Assembly (NCBI GenBank): GCA_026395685.1
Contig: JAPLYG010000018.1
Coordinates: forward strand, 288 to 64,287
Direction: 5' to 3'
DNA length: 64,000 nucleotides
Origin: Candidatus Parcubacteria bacterium
GTDB lineage: Bacteria > Patescibacteriota > Patescibacteriia > CAIXNZ01
The notes beneath the pieces were generated by a model, which was not told the origin of the DNA, searched no databases, and saw only the letters and a list, made by a program, of their open reading frames with translations. The position numbers were made by a program, and so were the translations under genes. This document shows, piece by piece, positions 37,765 to 47,204 of this stretch; position 1 is the stretch's first letter; every line of letters begins with the position of its first letter.

Positions 37765-38685
37765 ATGTTGGTTGATATTTTTTTAGAATTTTTAATATTT
37801 TCTACTTTAGGTAGCGCAAGTTTTGTTGCTAATCATTATATAAATTTAGATAATTTAGCTAATTTTTCGGATCTTGATATCCAAAGTCAGCAAGAGCAAA
37901 ATGCACCGGACAGAATGTATACTGATTATGTGGATATTGTTATTTCCGCAAAAAGTGCAATTGCCGTAGATGTCAAAAGCGGCAAAATATTATACCAAAA
38001 AAATACGGAAGAGATTTTACCTATTGCCAGCATCACAAAATTAATGACCGCCCTGGTTTTTTTGGATTATAATCCCGGTTGGCAAAAGGAATGGTCAACA
38101 ACTTCTTCTGACCGCAGAAACGGCGGCGTAATTTATTTAAATACCGATGAAGTTATTACTCTAGATAATTTATTTAAAACCGCACTGATCGTTTCCGATA
38201 ACGATTCAGCCATGGCCTTATCTCGGGCAAGCGGATTAAGCGAGGATGAATTTATCAGACAAATGAATATTAAAGCAAAGAGCCTTGGCCTTTTAAATAC
38301 TGTTTTTGTTGATCCGACGGGCTTAAAATCAGGCAATCAGTCAACTGTCGGCGATTTAGCAAAGCTTTTAAATTTTGCTTTACAAAATAAGGAATTAAGC
38401 AGAGTTACCAGCACGTCTTATTATGAGTTTGAGGTATCATCTCTGGATAAAAAACGTACCGTAAAATTAAAAAATACTGATTGGCTATTGAAAAGTTATT
38501 TGAATGTTCTCGGCGGCAAAACAGGGTCTTTAGAATCAGCAGGGTATTGTTTGGCAGTTAAAATTAAGGGAGAAAAAAATCAGGAAATAGTTATTGTTGT
38601 TTTAGGCAGTCAGTCAAATAGCGAAAGGTTTCAGGATGTTAAGGCAATTAGTGACTGGACATTTTTTAATTATCAGTGGCGATAA
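37765..38685 (+). CDS. D-alanyl-D-alanine carboxypeptidase (peptidase S11, PBP5-like)
   Basis: SITK (SxxK), SDN and KTG motifs in the correct order. Confidence 0.85.
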   Translation: MLVDIFLEFLIFSTLGSASFVANHYINLDNLANFSDLDIQSQQEQNAPDRMYTDYVDIVISAKSAIAVDVKSGKILYQKNTEEILPIASITKLMTALVFLDYNPGWQKEWSTTSSDRRNGGVIYLNTDEVITLDNLFKTALIVSDNDSAMALSRASGLSEDEFIRQMNIKAKSLGLLNTVFVDPTGLKSGNQSTVGDLAKLLNFALQNKELSRVTSTSYYEFEVSSLDKKRTVKLKNTDWLLKSYLNVLGGKTGSLESAGYCLAVKIKGEKNQEIVIVVLGSQSNSERFQDVKAISDWTFFNYQWR

Positions 38686-38699
38686 TTTATTAATATTAT

Positions 38700-39830
38700 A
38701 TGAGAATAGGTATTGATTGCAGAAGAATTTTAGATGTCAAACATAACCAATCCGCGGGCGTCGGTTATTATACTTATTATTTGATAAAAAATTTACTGAA
38801 GATTGATAAAACTAATCAATATTTTCTGTTTTTGTATGACGCCCGTATTAATCTGGATGATTTAAGACAGGATAATGTCCAGATTGTATATTTCCCTGGC
38901 TTGGAAAATATCGGTAAAATACCATTTCTTTACCGCCATGTAATAGTGCCACATGTTTTAAAATTATATAAGCTTGATGTTTACCATAATCCCGCCTATG
39001 TTATCCCGTTTTTTTATTTCGGCAAATCAGTGATTACGATTCATGATATGGCGTATTATAAAAATCCGGCCTGGTTTCCCGATCATCAATTTTTCAATAC
39101 TAAAATTTTAACACCTCTCAGTATTTGGAAAGCGAAAAAAATCATTGCAGTTTCAGAAAGTACCAAAAAAGATACCATTAAGTACTTTAAAGTCAAAGAA
39201 GATAAAATTAAAGTTATCTTGGAAGGCATTGATGATTATTGCAACATAGTAGTTGATGAAAATAAAATTGATAGTAAGCTTAAATTTACTCCGTCATATT
39301 TTTTGGCTCTCGGCACCTTAGAGCCCCGTAAAAATTTGGTCAGACTGATCAAGGCTTTTGATAAATTCTTGAAAGAAAATTCGGGAAGTAATTTTAAACT
39401 GGTATTGGCAGGTAAAAAAGGCTGGAAATATGAACCGATTTTTGAAATAATAGAAGCATTAAAATTAGAAGATAAAGTAATCTGGGTTGGTTATGTCACC
39501 TTGCCAGAGAAAATTTTTTTATTAAGGCATGCTTATTGTCTGGTTTTCCCCAGTTTATATGAGGGTTTTGGCCTGCCGATTTTAGAGGCTATGAATATGG
39601 GGGTCTCAGTAGTTACTTCAAATGTCGCTTCTATTCCGGAAATAGTTATTGATAACGCGGTACTGATTGAGCCCGAAGATGTGGATTCAATTAAAGACGG
39701 TTTAAATAAGATTTATCGTGATTCGGCTTTGCGGCTGAAGCTGATTGAACGGGGGAAAGGTATTGCCCGACATTTTACCTGGGAAAAAAGTGCGCAAAAG
39801 ACTCTGGAATTATTTGAAAGTTTAAAATAA
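38700..39830 (+). CDS. Glycosyltransferase family 4 (GT-B)
   Basis: EGFGLPILEAMNMGVSVVTSN (EX7E region). Confidence 0.85.
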   Translation: MRIGIDCRRILDVKHNQSAGVGYYTYYLIKNLLKIDKTNQYFLFLYDARINLDDLRQDNVQIVYFPGLENIGKIPFLYRHVIVPHVLKLYKLDVYHNPAYVIPFFYFGKSVITIHDMAYYKNPAWFPDHQFFNTKILTPLSIWKAKKIIAVSESTKKDTIKYFKVKEDKIKVILEGIDDYCNIVVDENKIDSKLKFTPSYFLALGTLEPRKNLVRLIKAFDKFLKENSGSNFKLVLAGKKGWKYEPIFEIIEALKLEDKVIWVGYVTLPEKIFLLRHAYCLVFPSLYEGFGLPILEAMNMGVSVVTSNVASIPEIVIDNAVLIEPEDVDSIKDGLNKIYRDSALRLKLIERGKGIARHFTWEKSAQKTLELFESLK

Positions 39831-39834
39831 AAAA

Positions 39835-39868
39835 ATGGTCTCGAGAACGGGACCATTTTTTGTATAAT
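39835..39868. terminator. Bidirectional terminator
   Basis: aaatggtc-tcgagaacg-ggaccattt flanked by A-runs and T-runs. Confidence 0.7.
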
Positions 39869-39871
39869 TTA

Positions 39872-40321
39872 TTATTGGTATCTGAGGATTAAATAGATAA
39901 TAATAATCTGGACAATGATGCCGAATTTGAGAGGAATACTCCATTTAAATTTTTCATGGGTCCAATTATGAAATTTATGGGTGCGGGTAAAAAATTTATC
40001 AGAGATTTCATGGATAGCGACTAAAATATCAGGTAAAACTCCGCCAATAATACCCCATAAAACCGTCTGGCTATAAGAAATTTGGCCGGTATAAAATAAA
40101 AGCACCAGTAAAATAGGAGTGGTAATCAAATCAAAATAGATTAAATAAAGCATGGCTTTGTTTTTGAAATCGTTACGGTAAGCCTTAATTAATTCTTTGT
40201 CGCCATGCGGGATCAAATCTAAGAGAAAATGGGAAATAAACGAAAAAACAAAAGCTAAAAGCGGTTTAGAGACATTCTCGCCTATAATGGCGCCTATGGT
40301 TGCATGTACGGAGATGAGCAT
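39872..40321 (-). CDS. Small polytopic membrane protein, paralog 2 (possible metal-dependent membrane hydrolase family)
   Basis: About 150 aa. Shares ...VH...G......P..AF...F..H...D.IPHGD... with the adjacent gene. Confidence 0.4.
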   Translation of the reverse strand: MLISVHATIGAIIGENVSKPLLAFVFSFISHFLLDLIPHGDKELIKAYRNDFKNKAMLYLIYFDLITTPILLVLLFYTGQISYSQTVLWGIIGGVLPDILVAIHEISDKFFTRTHKFHNWTHEKFKWSIPLKFGIIVQIIIIYLILRYQ

Positions 40322-40322
40322 A

Positions 40323-40778
40323 TTATATATAGATAGCGATTAAGATGATTAAAGTAAATATTTGCATAAGCAACCCCCAGACAATCGGGAAATCAAAGCG
40401 CTTAGAAATTAAATTATGGGGATATGTATGTAGCATCTGTATTTTTCCAAGAAGCTTATTTTTCGGGAAAATAAAGTAAAAAAGCTGCATGACATCAGGG
40501 ATAACGCTTCCTAGTATAGCGGATATTTCAACCAGAGTAAAAGTTTTAGCCCGTATAATAATTAAACTAATAAGTAATATAGATAGTACGGAAAGATCAA
40601 TAATTCCCGCAGTAATAATGTATTTTATCTGGTAGAATTTTGCTGAAACTTTCGTATCTCCGTGGGGTATTATATCAAAGATATAGTGAAAGATAAAGCC
40701 GATAAAAAATGCCCAAAGGGGATTTGTAACCCCACGGCTGACGACTAGTCCTACTGAACTGTGGACTGTTAAAAACAT
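40323..40778 (-). CDS. Small polytopic membrane protein, paralog 1
   Basis: Tandem paralog of 39872..40321. The start codon abuts the tRNA-Met 3' end (3-nt gap). Confidence 0.4.
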   Translation of the reverse strand: MFLTVHSSVGLVVSRGVTNPLWAFFIGFIFHYIFDIIPHGDTKVSAKFYQIKYIITAGIIDLSVLSILLISLIIIRAKTFTLVEISAILGSVIPDVMQLFYFIFPKNKLLGKIQMLHTYPHNLISKRFDFPIVWGLLMQIFTLIILIAIYI

Positions 40779-40780
40779 AG

Positions 40781-40854
40781 TACCAGGGGAGGGGATCGAA
40801 CCCTCGACCTCGGGCTTATGAGTCCCGCGCTCTAACCAACTGAGCTACCCTGGC
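40781..40854 (-). tRNA. tRNA-Met (anticodon CAT; could be initiator, elongator or Ile2)
   Basis: The reverse complement GCCAGGGTAGCTCAGTTGGTTAGAGC...CTCATAA...GAGGGTTCGATCCCCTC...CCCTGGTA folds as a cloverleaf, with a G1-U72 pair. Confidence 0.8.
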
Positions 40855-40936
40855 ATAATAAACTCATAACTCAGAGTTTTTAACTTAAAACTTAGGCAGT
40901 TTTAAATTATTAGTTTTGAGATTTGAGTTGTTAATG

Positions 40937-41020
40937 TGCCGCTGGTCGGAGTCGAACCGACATGAAATTGCTCTCACACGATTTTGAGTCGTGCGCGTCT
41001 ACCAGTTTCGCCACAGCGGC
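40937..41020 (-). tRNA. tRNA-Leu (anticodon CAA), type II with a long variable arm
   Basis: The reverse complement GCCGCTGTGGCGAAACTGGTAGACGC...CTCAAAA...GTCGGTTCGACTCCGACCAGCGGCA folds as a cloverleaf. Confidence 0.8.
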
Positions 41021-41058
41021 ATGTTAATTATAAATGTATTCTTTTTTTAAAATTACTT

Positions 41059-41125
41059 GGACAGCGCGTCTATCTACCTTCGCTCCTTGGAGCTACGGTG
41101 GACAGGCCAGTTTCGCCACGGCGGC
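41059..41125 (-). pseudogene. tRNA-Leu 5'-half pseudo-copy (nt 1-19 + 30-nt insertion + nt 20-26)
   Basis: Reverse complement GCCGCCGTGGCGAAACTGG | cctgtccaccgtagctccaaggagcgaagg | TAGATAGACGCGC. It has no anticodon or T-arm. Confidence 0.7.
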
Positions 41126-41427
41126 TTAGTTACAGGGATAGGTTAACAACCTATCTTGCATTAATTTTAGTTAGTAATATTTAAAAAGGCTATATACGGC
41201 CATTACTTAAACTTGTAACTGGCCGAGGCCAGATATCTGCCTATAAATACCAGCCTTGAAAAGCACGAAAGACGATAAAAAATCGTCCTAATCCCTATAA
41301 TTTTAGCCCTGAGAGGGCTTCTTTGTCGTAAATTAATCGCTTACGCTTAATCATCATTATTTTATCTTATTTTATCAAAGATGTCAATTGGACATCTTGT
41401 CTAAAATAGTATAAAATATAGATATAT

Positions 41428-42210
41428 ATGTCTCATATAATATCAATAGTTAATCAAAAAGGGGGAGTAGGAAAGACTACGACAGCTATTAATTTAGCCG
41501 CTTATTTGGCTTCTTTGGGCAAATTTGTTTTATTGGTTGATATGGATCCTCAGGCGAATGCAACCAGTGGCTTAGGTATTGATTATAATAATTTAGAGCG
41601 GGGAATCTATGAAGCCTTAATCGGTTCTTATAGTTTAAAGGATATTGTTTTGAATACAAAGATTTCCGGCTATAAGATTGCACCGGCGACAGTTAATTTG
41701 GCAGGTGCAAATGTTGAATTGGTAAATATTGAGAATCGGGAAACAAAACTTGAGCAGGCGCTGCTTTCAGTAAGAAATGATTACGATTATATTATTATTG
41801 ATTGCCCGCCCTCTTTGGGTCTTTTGACACTCAATAGCTTAGTCGCCGCTGAGAAGCTATTAATTCCAGTTCAGGCTGAATATTATGCTTTAGAAGGATT
41901 AGGCCAATTAGTTAAAACCATTAATTTAATACAGGCGCATATTAAACCAGAGTTAGAAATATTAGGCGCTGTTTTAACAATGTATGATAAGAGGACTAAA
42001 TTATCTGACGAAATACTGCAGCAACTTTATCAGTATTTTCCCGATCGAATTTTTAGGTCAGTTATCCCGCGTAATGTAAGATTAACCGAGTCTCCAAGCT
42101 ATGGAAAAACTATTTTGGAATATGATCCCAAATCAAAGGGCGCTAAAGCCTATGAAAGATTAGCTCGAGAAATAATTGATCTGACAAATTTTAATTTTAA
42201 TACCTACTAA
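41428..42210 (+). CDS. parA: Chromosome partitioning ATPase ParA/Soj
   Basis: Deviant Walker A KGGVGKTT with full ParA similarity. Confidence 0.9.
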   Translation: MSHIISIVNQKGGVGKTTTAINLAAYLASLGKFVLLVDMDPQANATSGLGIDYNNLERGIYEALIGSYSLKDIVLNTKISGYKIAPATVNLAGANVELVNIENRETKLEQALLSVRNDYDYIIIDCPPSLGLLTLNSLVAAEKLLIPVQAEYYALEGLGQLVKTINLIQAHIKPELEILGAVLTMYDKRTKLSDEILQQLYQYFPDRIFRSVIPRNVRLTESPSYGKTILEYDPKSKGAKAYERLAREIIDLTNFNFNTY

Positions 42211-42227
42211 CTTTTAATTTATATTTT

Positions 42228-43088
42228 ATGCCTTTAGGAAGGGGGTTGGATTCATTAATCCCGAAAAAGACAGTTGCTACTAAATTTTCGAATGACGAGA
42301 TTAATAAAATCGATGAAAAAAACAGAATTTTGGAAGTTAATCCTGATAAAATTCAGCTTAATCCCCATCAGCCCAGAAAGCAATTTGGGCATGAGGATTT
42401 GGAGGATTTGGTAAATTCAATCAAAACACACGGGATAATCCAGCCTTTGATTGTAACAAGGCAGGATGATGAGAATTTTCAGCTTATTGCTGGTGAACGC
42501 CGCTTAAGATCCGCCAAGATATTAAATTTGTCTGCTGTACCGGTTATTGTGCGTGAAGCCAAAGAACAAGATAAGCTGGAATTGGCATTGATTGAAAATT
42601 TGCAGAGAAAAAATCTTAATCCTATTGAAGAAGCAATTTCCTATAGGAGGTTAATGGATGAATTCAATCTGACACAGGAACAAGTATCCTTAAAGATAGG
42701 GAAAAAGAGGTCCAGTGTCGCAAATACCCTGCGGTTGCTTACTTTGCCGGAGGACGTCCAAAAAGCAATTTTAGACGAGAAAATTTCCGAAGGACATGCC
42801 CGTGCAATTGCGGCTTTAGAAAATGAAAAAGATCAGCTTGATTTGTTAAAAAAGATATTGCGCAATCAGCTCACAGTCAGGGATGCCGAGCAACAGGTTA
42901 AAAATGCCAGACAGCCCTATCAGTTTAAGAATGACCCCTTGCTTTTAGCGAGGGAAGAGCGGCTGCAAAATTTATTAGGGCATCAGGTGAATATTAAGGG
43001 CAATAATAAAAAAGGAGAAATTGTCATTAAATACAATTCTCCCGAAGATTTGAGTAATATTATTGAAAAGCTCAGCGGCAAGGAATAA
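42228..43088 (+). CDS. parB: Chromosome partitioning protein ParB/Spo0J
   Basis: ParB box GERRLRSAK, HTH and dimerisation regions. Confidence 0.9.
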   Translation: MPLGRGLDSLIPKKTVATKFSNDEINKIDEKNRILEVNPDKIQLNPHQPRKQFGHEDLEDLVNSIKTHGIIQPLIVTRQDDENFQLIAGERRLRSAKILNLSAVPVIVREAKEQDKLELALIENLQRKNLNPIEEAISYRRLMDEFNLTQEQVSLKIGKKRSSVANTLRLLTLPEDVQKAILDEKISEGHARAIAALENEKDQLDLLKKILRNQLTVRDAEQQVKNARQPYQFKNDPLLLAREERLQNLLGHQVNIKGNNKKGEIVIKYNSPEDLSNIIEKLSGKE

Positions 43089-43112
43089 TGTTTTTATAAT
43101 AGCATATAAATA

Positions 43113-43150
43113 ATCCCGCCTTATAAGGCAGGATTATTTTTTTAGAAATT
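43113..43150. terminator. Bidirectional terminator between parB and rel
   Basis: aataatcctgcc-ttataa-ggcaggattatt followed by T7. Confidence 0.75.
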
Positions 43151-44600
43151 TTTCGATTAATGTTCTTTTGGCGAGAGCGCTTTTAATTTTATTTTTCGCT
43201 ACGCTCGTTTTAACAAATTTTAGCCAGTCAGCACTTGGGTTTTTGCGATTTTTATCAGTTATGATCTCAATCACATCGCCGCTTTTTAAGGGCGAGTTCA
43301 GGCTGGCAATATGATTATTAATTAAAGCCCCCGTGCATTGCGCACCGATATCAGTATGTACATAGTAGGCGAAATCTATAGGGGTGGCTCCTTTGGGCAA
43401 GTCAATAACATCTCCTTTGGGAGTGAAAACAAAAATTCGGTCATTAAAGACATCGATCTTTAAATTTTCTAAATATTTTTCGTTTTCGGATAATTCTTTT
43501 TGCCATTTAGTCAGTTCATCTATCCATTTTATTTTCTTGGAGGGTATTAATGATCCTTTTTCATCATAATGCCAGTGGGCAGCAATGCCATATTCAGCTT
43601 CCTCTTCCATTTCCTTAGTTCTGATTTGAATCTCAATTATTTCGCCATCAACCGTAAAGACCGTAGTATGCAAAGAAGAATAGCCATTTGGCTTGGGTTG
43701 AGCAATATAATCCTTAATGCGCCCTTTAAGAGGTTTCATCTTTTTATGGATAATTCCCAAGACAGCATAGCAGGTAGGAATATCTTGTACAATAATACGA
43801 ATGGCGACAAAATCATAGACGCGGTTAATGTCTTTGTCATGTTCAAGCAATTTGGCATAAAGGCTGTATAATTGCTTGACGCGTCCTTTGACTTCCAGAT
43901 ATTCAATCCCTTCTTCTTTCAGCTCTTTTTTTACAAAAGCGATTATTTCATCTAAATATATTTCTTTGGTTTTAAGTTGTTTTTCTACCAAGCCTTTTAG
44001 CCAGTTGTATTCTTTAGGATATAAGTATTTGAAGGATTCTTCTTCTAATTTACCTTTCATTTCATACATGCCGAGTCGATTGGCAATTGGCGCATAAATT
44101 TCCAGAACTTCAGAGGCAATGCGAATCTGTTTATCTCGAGGCAAAGCATATAAGGTCTTTAAATTATGATACCGGTCGGCGAATTTTATGAGGATTACCC
44201 TGGTATCTTTGGCCATGGCCACAAACATTTTGCGTAAATTTTCAATATATCGTTCAATGCCGCGGTATTTGATGTTTCCTAATTTTGTAATGCCTTCAAC
44301 TAGCGTAGCAACTTCTTCTCCAAAATTTTTCGTAATATCTTCTAACGTATATTTTGTATCTTCCGGCACGTCATGCAAAAGGCCGGCTATGATAATATTA
44401 GGGCTTAATTTCATGTCCGCCAGCATTTGAGCAGTTGCTAACGGATGATGAATATAATCTTCACCTGTCAGTCTCTTTTGGCCGTCATGAGCCTGCTTGG
44501 CAAAAAGAAAAGCCAGCTCAATAAGCCCTAAATCAGCTTTGGGATTGTATTCTTTGATGGTTTTTAATAGGTGTTGTATTTTTTTCTCAAGTTCAGGCAT
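43134..44600 (-). CDS. rel: RelA/SpoT-family (p)ppGpp synthetase/hydrolase, short form (HD + synthetase + TGS, no ACT)
   Basis: HD motif (HHPLA...HDVPED), synthetase domain, and a TGS block (DRIFVFTPKGDVIDLPKGATPIDFAYYVHTDIG). Confidence 0.85.
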   Translation of the reverse strand: MPELEKKIQHLLKTIKEYNPKADLGLIELAFLFAKQAHDGQKRLTGEDYIHHPLATAQMLADMKLSPNIIIAGLLHDVPEDTKYTLEDITKNFGEEVATLVEGITKLGNIKYRGIERYIENLRKMFVAMAKDTRVILIKFADRYHNLKTLYALPRDKQIRIASEVLEIYAPIANRLGMYEMKGKLEEESFKYLYPKEYNWLKGLVEKQLKTKEIYLDEIIAFVKKELKEEGIEYLEVKGRVKQLYSLYAKLLEHDKDINRVYDFVAIRIIVQDIPTCYAVLGIIHKKMKPLKGRIKDYIAQPKPNGYSSLHTTVFTVDGEIIEIQIRTKEMEEEAEYGIAAHWHYDEKGSLIPSKKIKWIDELTKWQKELSENEKYLENLKIDVFNDRIFVFTPKGDVIDLPKGATPIDFAYYVHTDIGAQCTGALINNHIASLNSPLKSGDVIEIITDKNRKNPSADWLKFVKTSVAKNKIKSALAKRTLIEKFLKK

Positions 44601-44665
44601 ATATTAGGAGTATAACTTAAAATTAGCTAAAAATAAAGGGAATTTCCACAATTTGGGTCAAACCC

Positions 44666-44694
44666 TTGACATTTTTCTTTAGATATGCTAAAAT
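44666..44694 (+). promoter_or_regulatory. Strong sigma70-like promoter TTGACA-N17-TAAAAT
   Basis: Consensus -35 hexamer, exact 17-nt spacer, TAAAAT -10. No + strand CDS lies downstream. Confidence 0.55.
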
Positions 44695-44700
44695 ACGTGT

Positions 44701-44935
44701 AGGATGTAAGGGGATAACCCTATTACAAGCAAAATGTCCGCGGCGCAAGCCGGGGATATTTTGTTTAAAAAAGGCGATTTTTCCTCTTGACAAAACTGTT
44801 AAAATATGATAACTTTATAATGATGGGAAGTAGCGGCCCTTACATCCACATTGTAATTGGGGCTTTAGCTATTTTTCCCATCACTAAAAAATCCCCCCGC
44901 ATTGCGGGAAGGGATTTTTTAGTTAAATGGAGATA
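44701..44935 (+). ncRNA. Candidate structured ncRNA (~230 nt) of unknown class
   Basis: It starts ~7 nt after the -10 hexamer. The 5' GGATGTAAGGG (44702-44712) can pair with CCCTTACATCC (44837-44847). It ends in the bidirectional terminator atcccccgcattgcgggaagggat plus T6 (44896..44935). Confidence 0.35.
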
Positions 44936-44939
44936 TAAA

Positions 44940-47075
44940 TTACTCAGTTTGGGGAGGGTCCTCAGTTTTGGGACGTTCCCAGGTAGCATAGTCGCAATCC
45001 GGATAACGGTTGCAGGCATAAAATATCTTGCCTCTTTTGCTCTTCTTAATGACTACATCGCCCTGATTGCATTTGGGGCATTTCAGTCCCAATGATTTTT
45101 GTATTGGCTTGGTAAATTTGCATTCGGGATATTTGGAACAGGCGAGGAATTTTCCAAACCGTCCTGTTTTGATCAGTAATTTGGCATTGCACTTGGGGCA
45201 GGTTTCATTCGTTTCCAAAGCGGCATGCTCTTCATCTGTTACCATCATTGATTGGATATTTTTACATTCAGGATAATTTGAGCACGCTAAAAATTTACCA
45301 AAGCGACCCATTTTAACTATCATTGGGGAGCCGCATTTATCACATTTGAGGTCAGTTTTTTCTTCAGTCAAATCTTTCTTATTAATTTCCTTATCTTTTA
45401 TTTTTAAATTGGCTTCAAACGGTTCGTAGAATTCCCTGATTACCGGCTGCCATTTCATTTTGCCTGCGGCGATCTCATCAAATTCCTCCTCCATTTTAGC
45501 TGTAAAGTTTAGGTCTACAATTTTCGGAAAATGTTCGACCAGAAGGTCAGTTACCAGCATACCGATTTCAGTCGGCGTCAGTTTTTTCTCATCATTTTTC
45601 TTTACATAATTTCTATCCTGGATGGTAGACAGAGTAGGCGCATAAGTGGACGGTCTGCCAATTCCATATTCTTCCAAAGCCTTGATTAAAGTTGCTTCTG
45701 AATATCTGGCTGGCGGCTGGGTAAAATGCTGCAGTTTCCTTAATTCAATTAAATTCGGTTCATCGCCTTCTTTCAATTCCGGCAAGATATTTTCTTTAAT
45801 ACTGGTTTTATAGACCTTCAAAAATCCGTCAAATTTGATGGTTGATCCAGTCGCGCGAAAAGTATAATCATTAGCTTTAATATCAACTTTGGTTTGATCA
45901 ATAATTGCCGGATTAATTTGACTAGCCAGCGTTCTTTGCCAGATTAATTTATACAGTTTTAATTGTTTGGGCTCCAAATAATTGGCAATAGCATCAGGGG
46001 AATGATTTACATCTGTTGGTCTGATAGCTTCATGGGCTTCCTGTGCGCCTTTGGATTTTGTTTTATAGATGTTAGCTTTTGCCGGCAAATACTCGGCACC
46101 TATTTGATTTTTGATATAAGCGCGGATATTATCCAAAGAAAAAGTAGAGAGGTTTAAAGAGTCTGTTCTCATATAAGTGATTAAACCGACAGAACCCTCC
46201 GACCCCAATTCAATACCTTCATAAAGCTGCTGGGCTAACATCATTGTCTGTTTTGCTGAATAGCCGAGTTTTTTGCCGGCTTCTTGCTGTAAGGTACTGG
46301 TGGTAAAAGGAGTCGGCGCTTGGCGTAAAGATTCTTTTCGTTCAATTTTTTCAACCTCATATTTGGCCCCGTTTAATTCAGCTAAAATTTTCTTGGCTTC
46401 TTCCTCATTTTTAATAGCCATTTTATCCAGAGACTTACCTTTGACCTGAGCCAGCTGGGCAATGAAGTTCTGCTCATCTTTTTGCAGTTCAGCTTCCAGT
46501 GACCAGTATTCCTCCTGTTTAAATTTTTGTATCTCTCGTTCACGGTCAACAATCAGGCGCACAGCTACTGACTGTACGCGTCCGGCGCTCAAACCGCGGG
46601 CAACCTTTTTCCAGAGCAGGGGAGAAAGCTTGTAGCCGACTAGCCTATCTAATATTCTGCGTGCCTGCTGGGCATCAATTAAATTGTAGTCCAAGTCGCG
46701 GGGATTTTTTAAGGCCTCTTCAATCGCATTTTTGGTAATTTCATGAAAAACAATTCTTTCTGTTTTTTTGTCATGCAAATTTAGAGACTCCACCAAATGC
46801 CAGGCAATGGCTTCACCTTCGCGGTCTTCGTCAGTTGCGAGAATAATTAAATTTGCTGAAGAAGCAAGCTTTTTAAGTTTATCGACTTGTTTTTGGGCTT
46901 TAGCCGGTATTTCGTAGTCAGGTTTAAAATTATTTTTAATATCAACGCCCAACTTTTTTTGCGGCAAATCGCGGATATGACCAAAAGAAGACTCCACCTT
47001 GAAGTCTTTGTTTAAGAATTTAGTTATTGTTTTGGCCTTGGTCGGTGATTCGACGATGACTAGTGATTTTGCCAT
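44940..47075 (-). CDS. topA: DNA topoisomerase I with C-terminal zinc ribbons
   Basis: Toprim and Topo IA domains plus four C4 zinc-ribbon repeats. Confidence 0.95.
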   Translation of the reverse strand: MAKSLVIVESPTKAKTITKFLNKDFKVESSFGHIRDLPQKKLGVDIKNNFKPDYEIPAKAQKQVDKLKKLASSANLIILATDEDREGEAIAWHLVESLNLHDKKTERIVFHEITKNAIEEALKNPRDLDYNLIDAQQARRILDRLVGYKLSPLLWKKVARGLSAGRVQSVAVRLIVDREREIQKFKQEEYWSLEAELQKDEQNFIAQLAQVKGKSLDKMAIKNEEEAKKILAELNGAKYEVEKIERKESLRQAPTPFTTSTLQQEAGKKLGYSAKQTMMLAQQLYEGIELGSEGSVGLITYMRTDSLNLSTFSLDNIRAYIKNQIGAEYLPAKANIYKTKSKGAQEAHEAIRPTDVNHSPDAIANYLEPKQLKLYKLIWQRTLASQINPAIIDQTKVDIKANDYTFRATGSTIKFDGFLKVYKTSIKENILPELKEGDEPNLIELRKLQHFTQPPARYSEATLIKALEEYGIGRPSTYAPTLSTIQDRNYVKKNDEKKLTPTEIGMLVTDLLVEHFPKIVDLNFTAKMEEEFDEIAAGKMKWQPVIREFYEPFEANLKIKDKEINKKDLTEEKTDLKCDKCGSPMIVKMGRFGKFLACSNYPECKNIQSMMVTDEEHAALETNETCPKCNAKLLIKTGRFGKFLACSKYPECKFTKPIQKSLGLKCPKCNQGDVVIKKSKRGKIFYACNRYPDCDYATWERPKTEDPPQTE

Positions 47076-47204
47076 TTGGATAAGTTATAGGATTTATAGG
47101 AAGAATAGGTAGTAGAGGAAAATAGAATAAGATGATCACAGTCCTCTAATCATCTTCTTCATCTACTTCTTCTAATTCCTCTTTTAATTAATACCAGATT
47201 TTTT

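Noticed and set aside
40984-41184. 66-aa + strand ORF with an internally repeated peptide (RARLPVSPQRH / RPVSPRRLS)
   Set aside because: It lies over tRNA-Leu and its 5'-half pseudo-copy. The peptide repeat simply mirrors the duplicated tRNA DNA.
44701-44935. Calling the orphan transcript a 6S RNA, SRP RNA, RNase P RNA or tmRNA
   Set aside because: It lacks the SRP domain-IV motif, the P4 GGAAAGUCCGG motif, and any tmRNA tRNA-like end. The long helix does not pair the 5' end with the 3' end as in 6S RNA. I leave it unclassified.
44787-45095. 102-aa + strand ORF downstream of the rel-topA spacer
   Set aside because: It overlaps the bidirectional terminator and the 3' end of topA on the opposite strand, and it starts inside the candidate ncRNA. 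No RBS.
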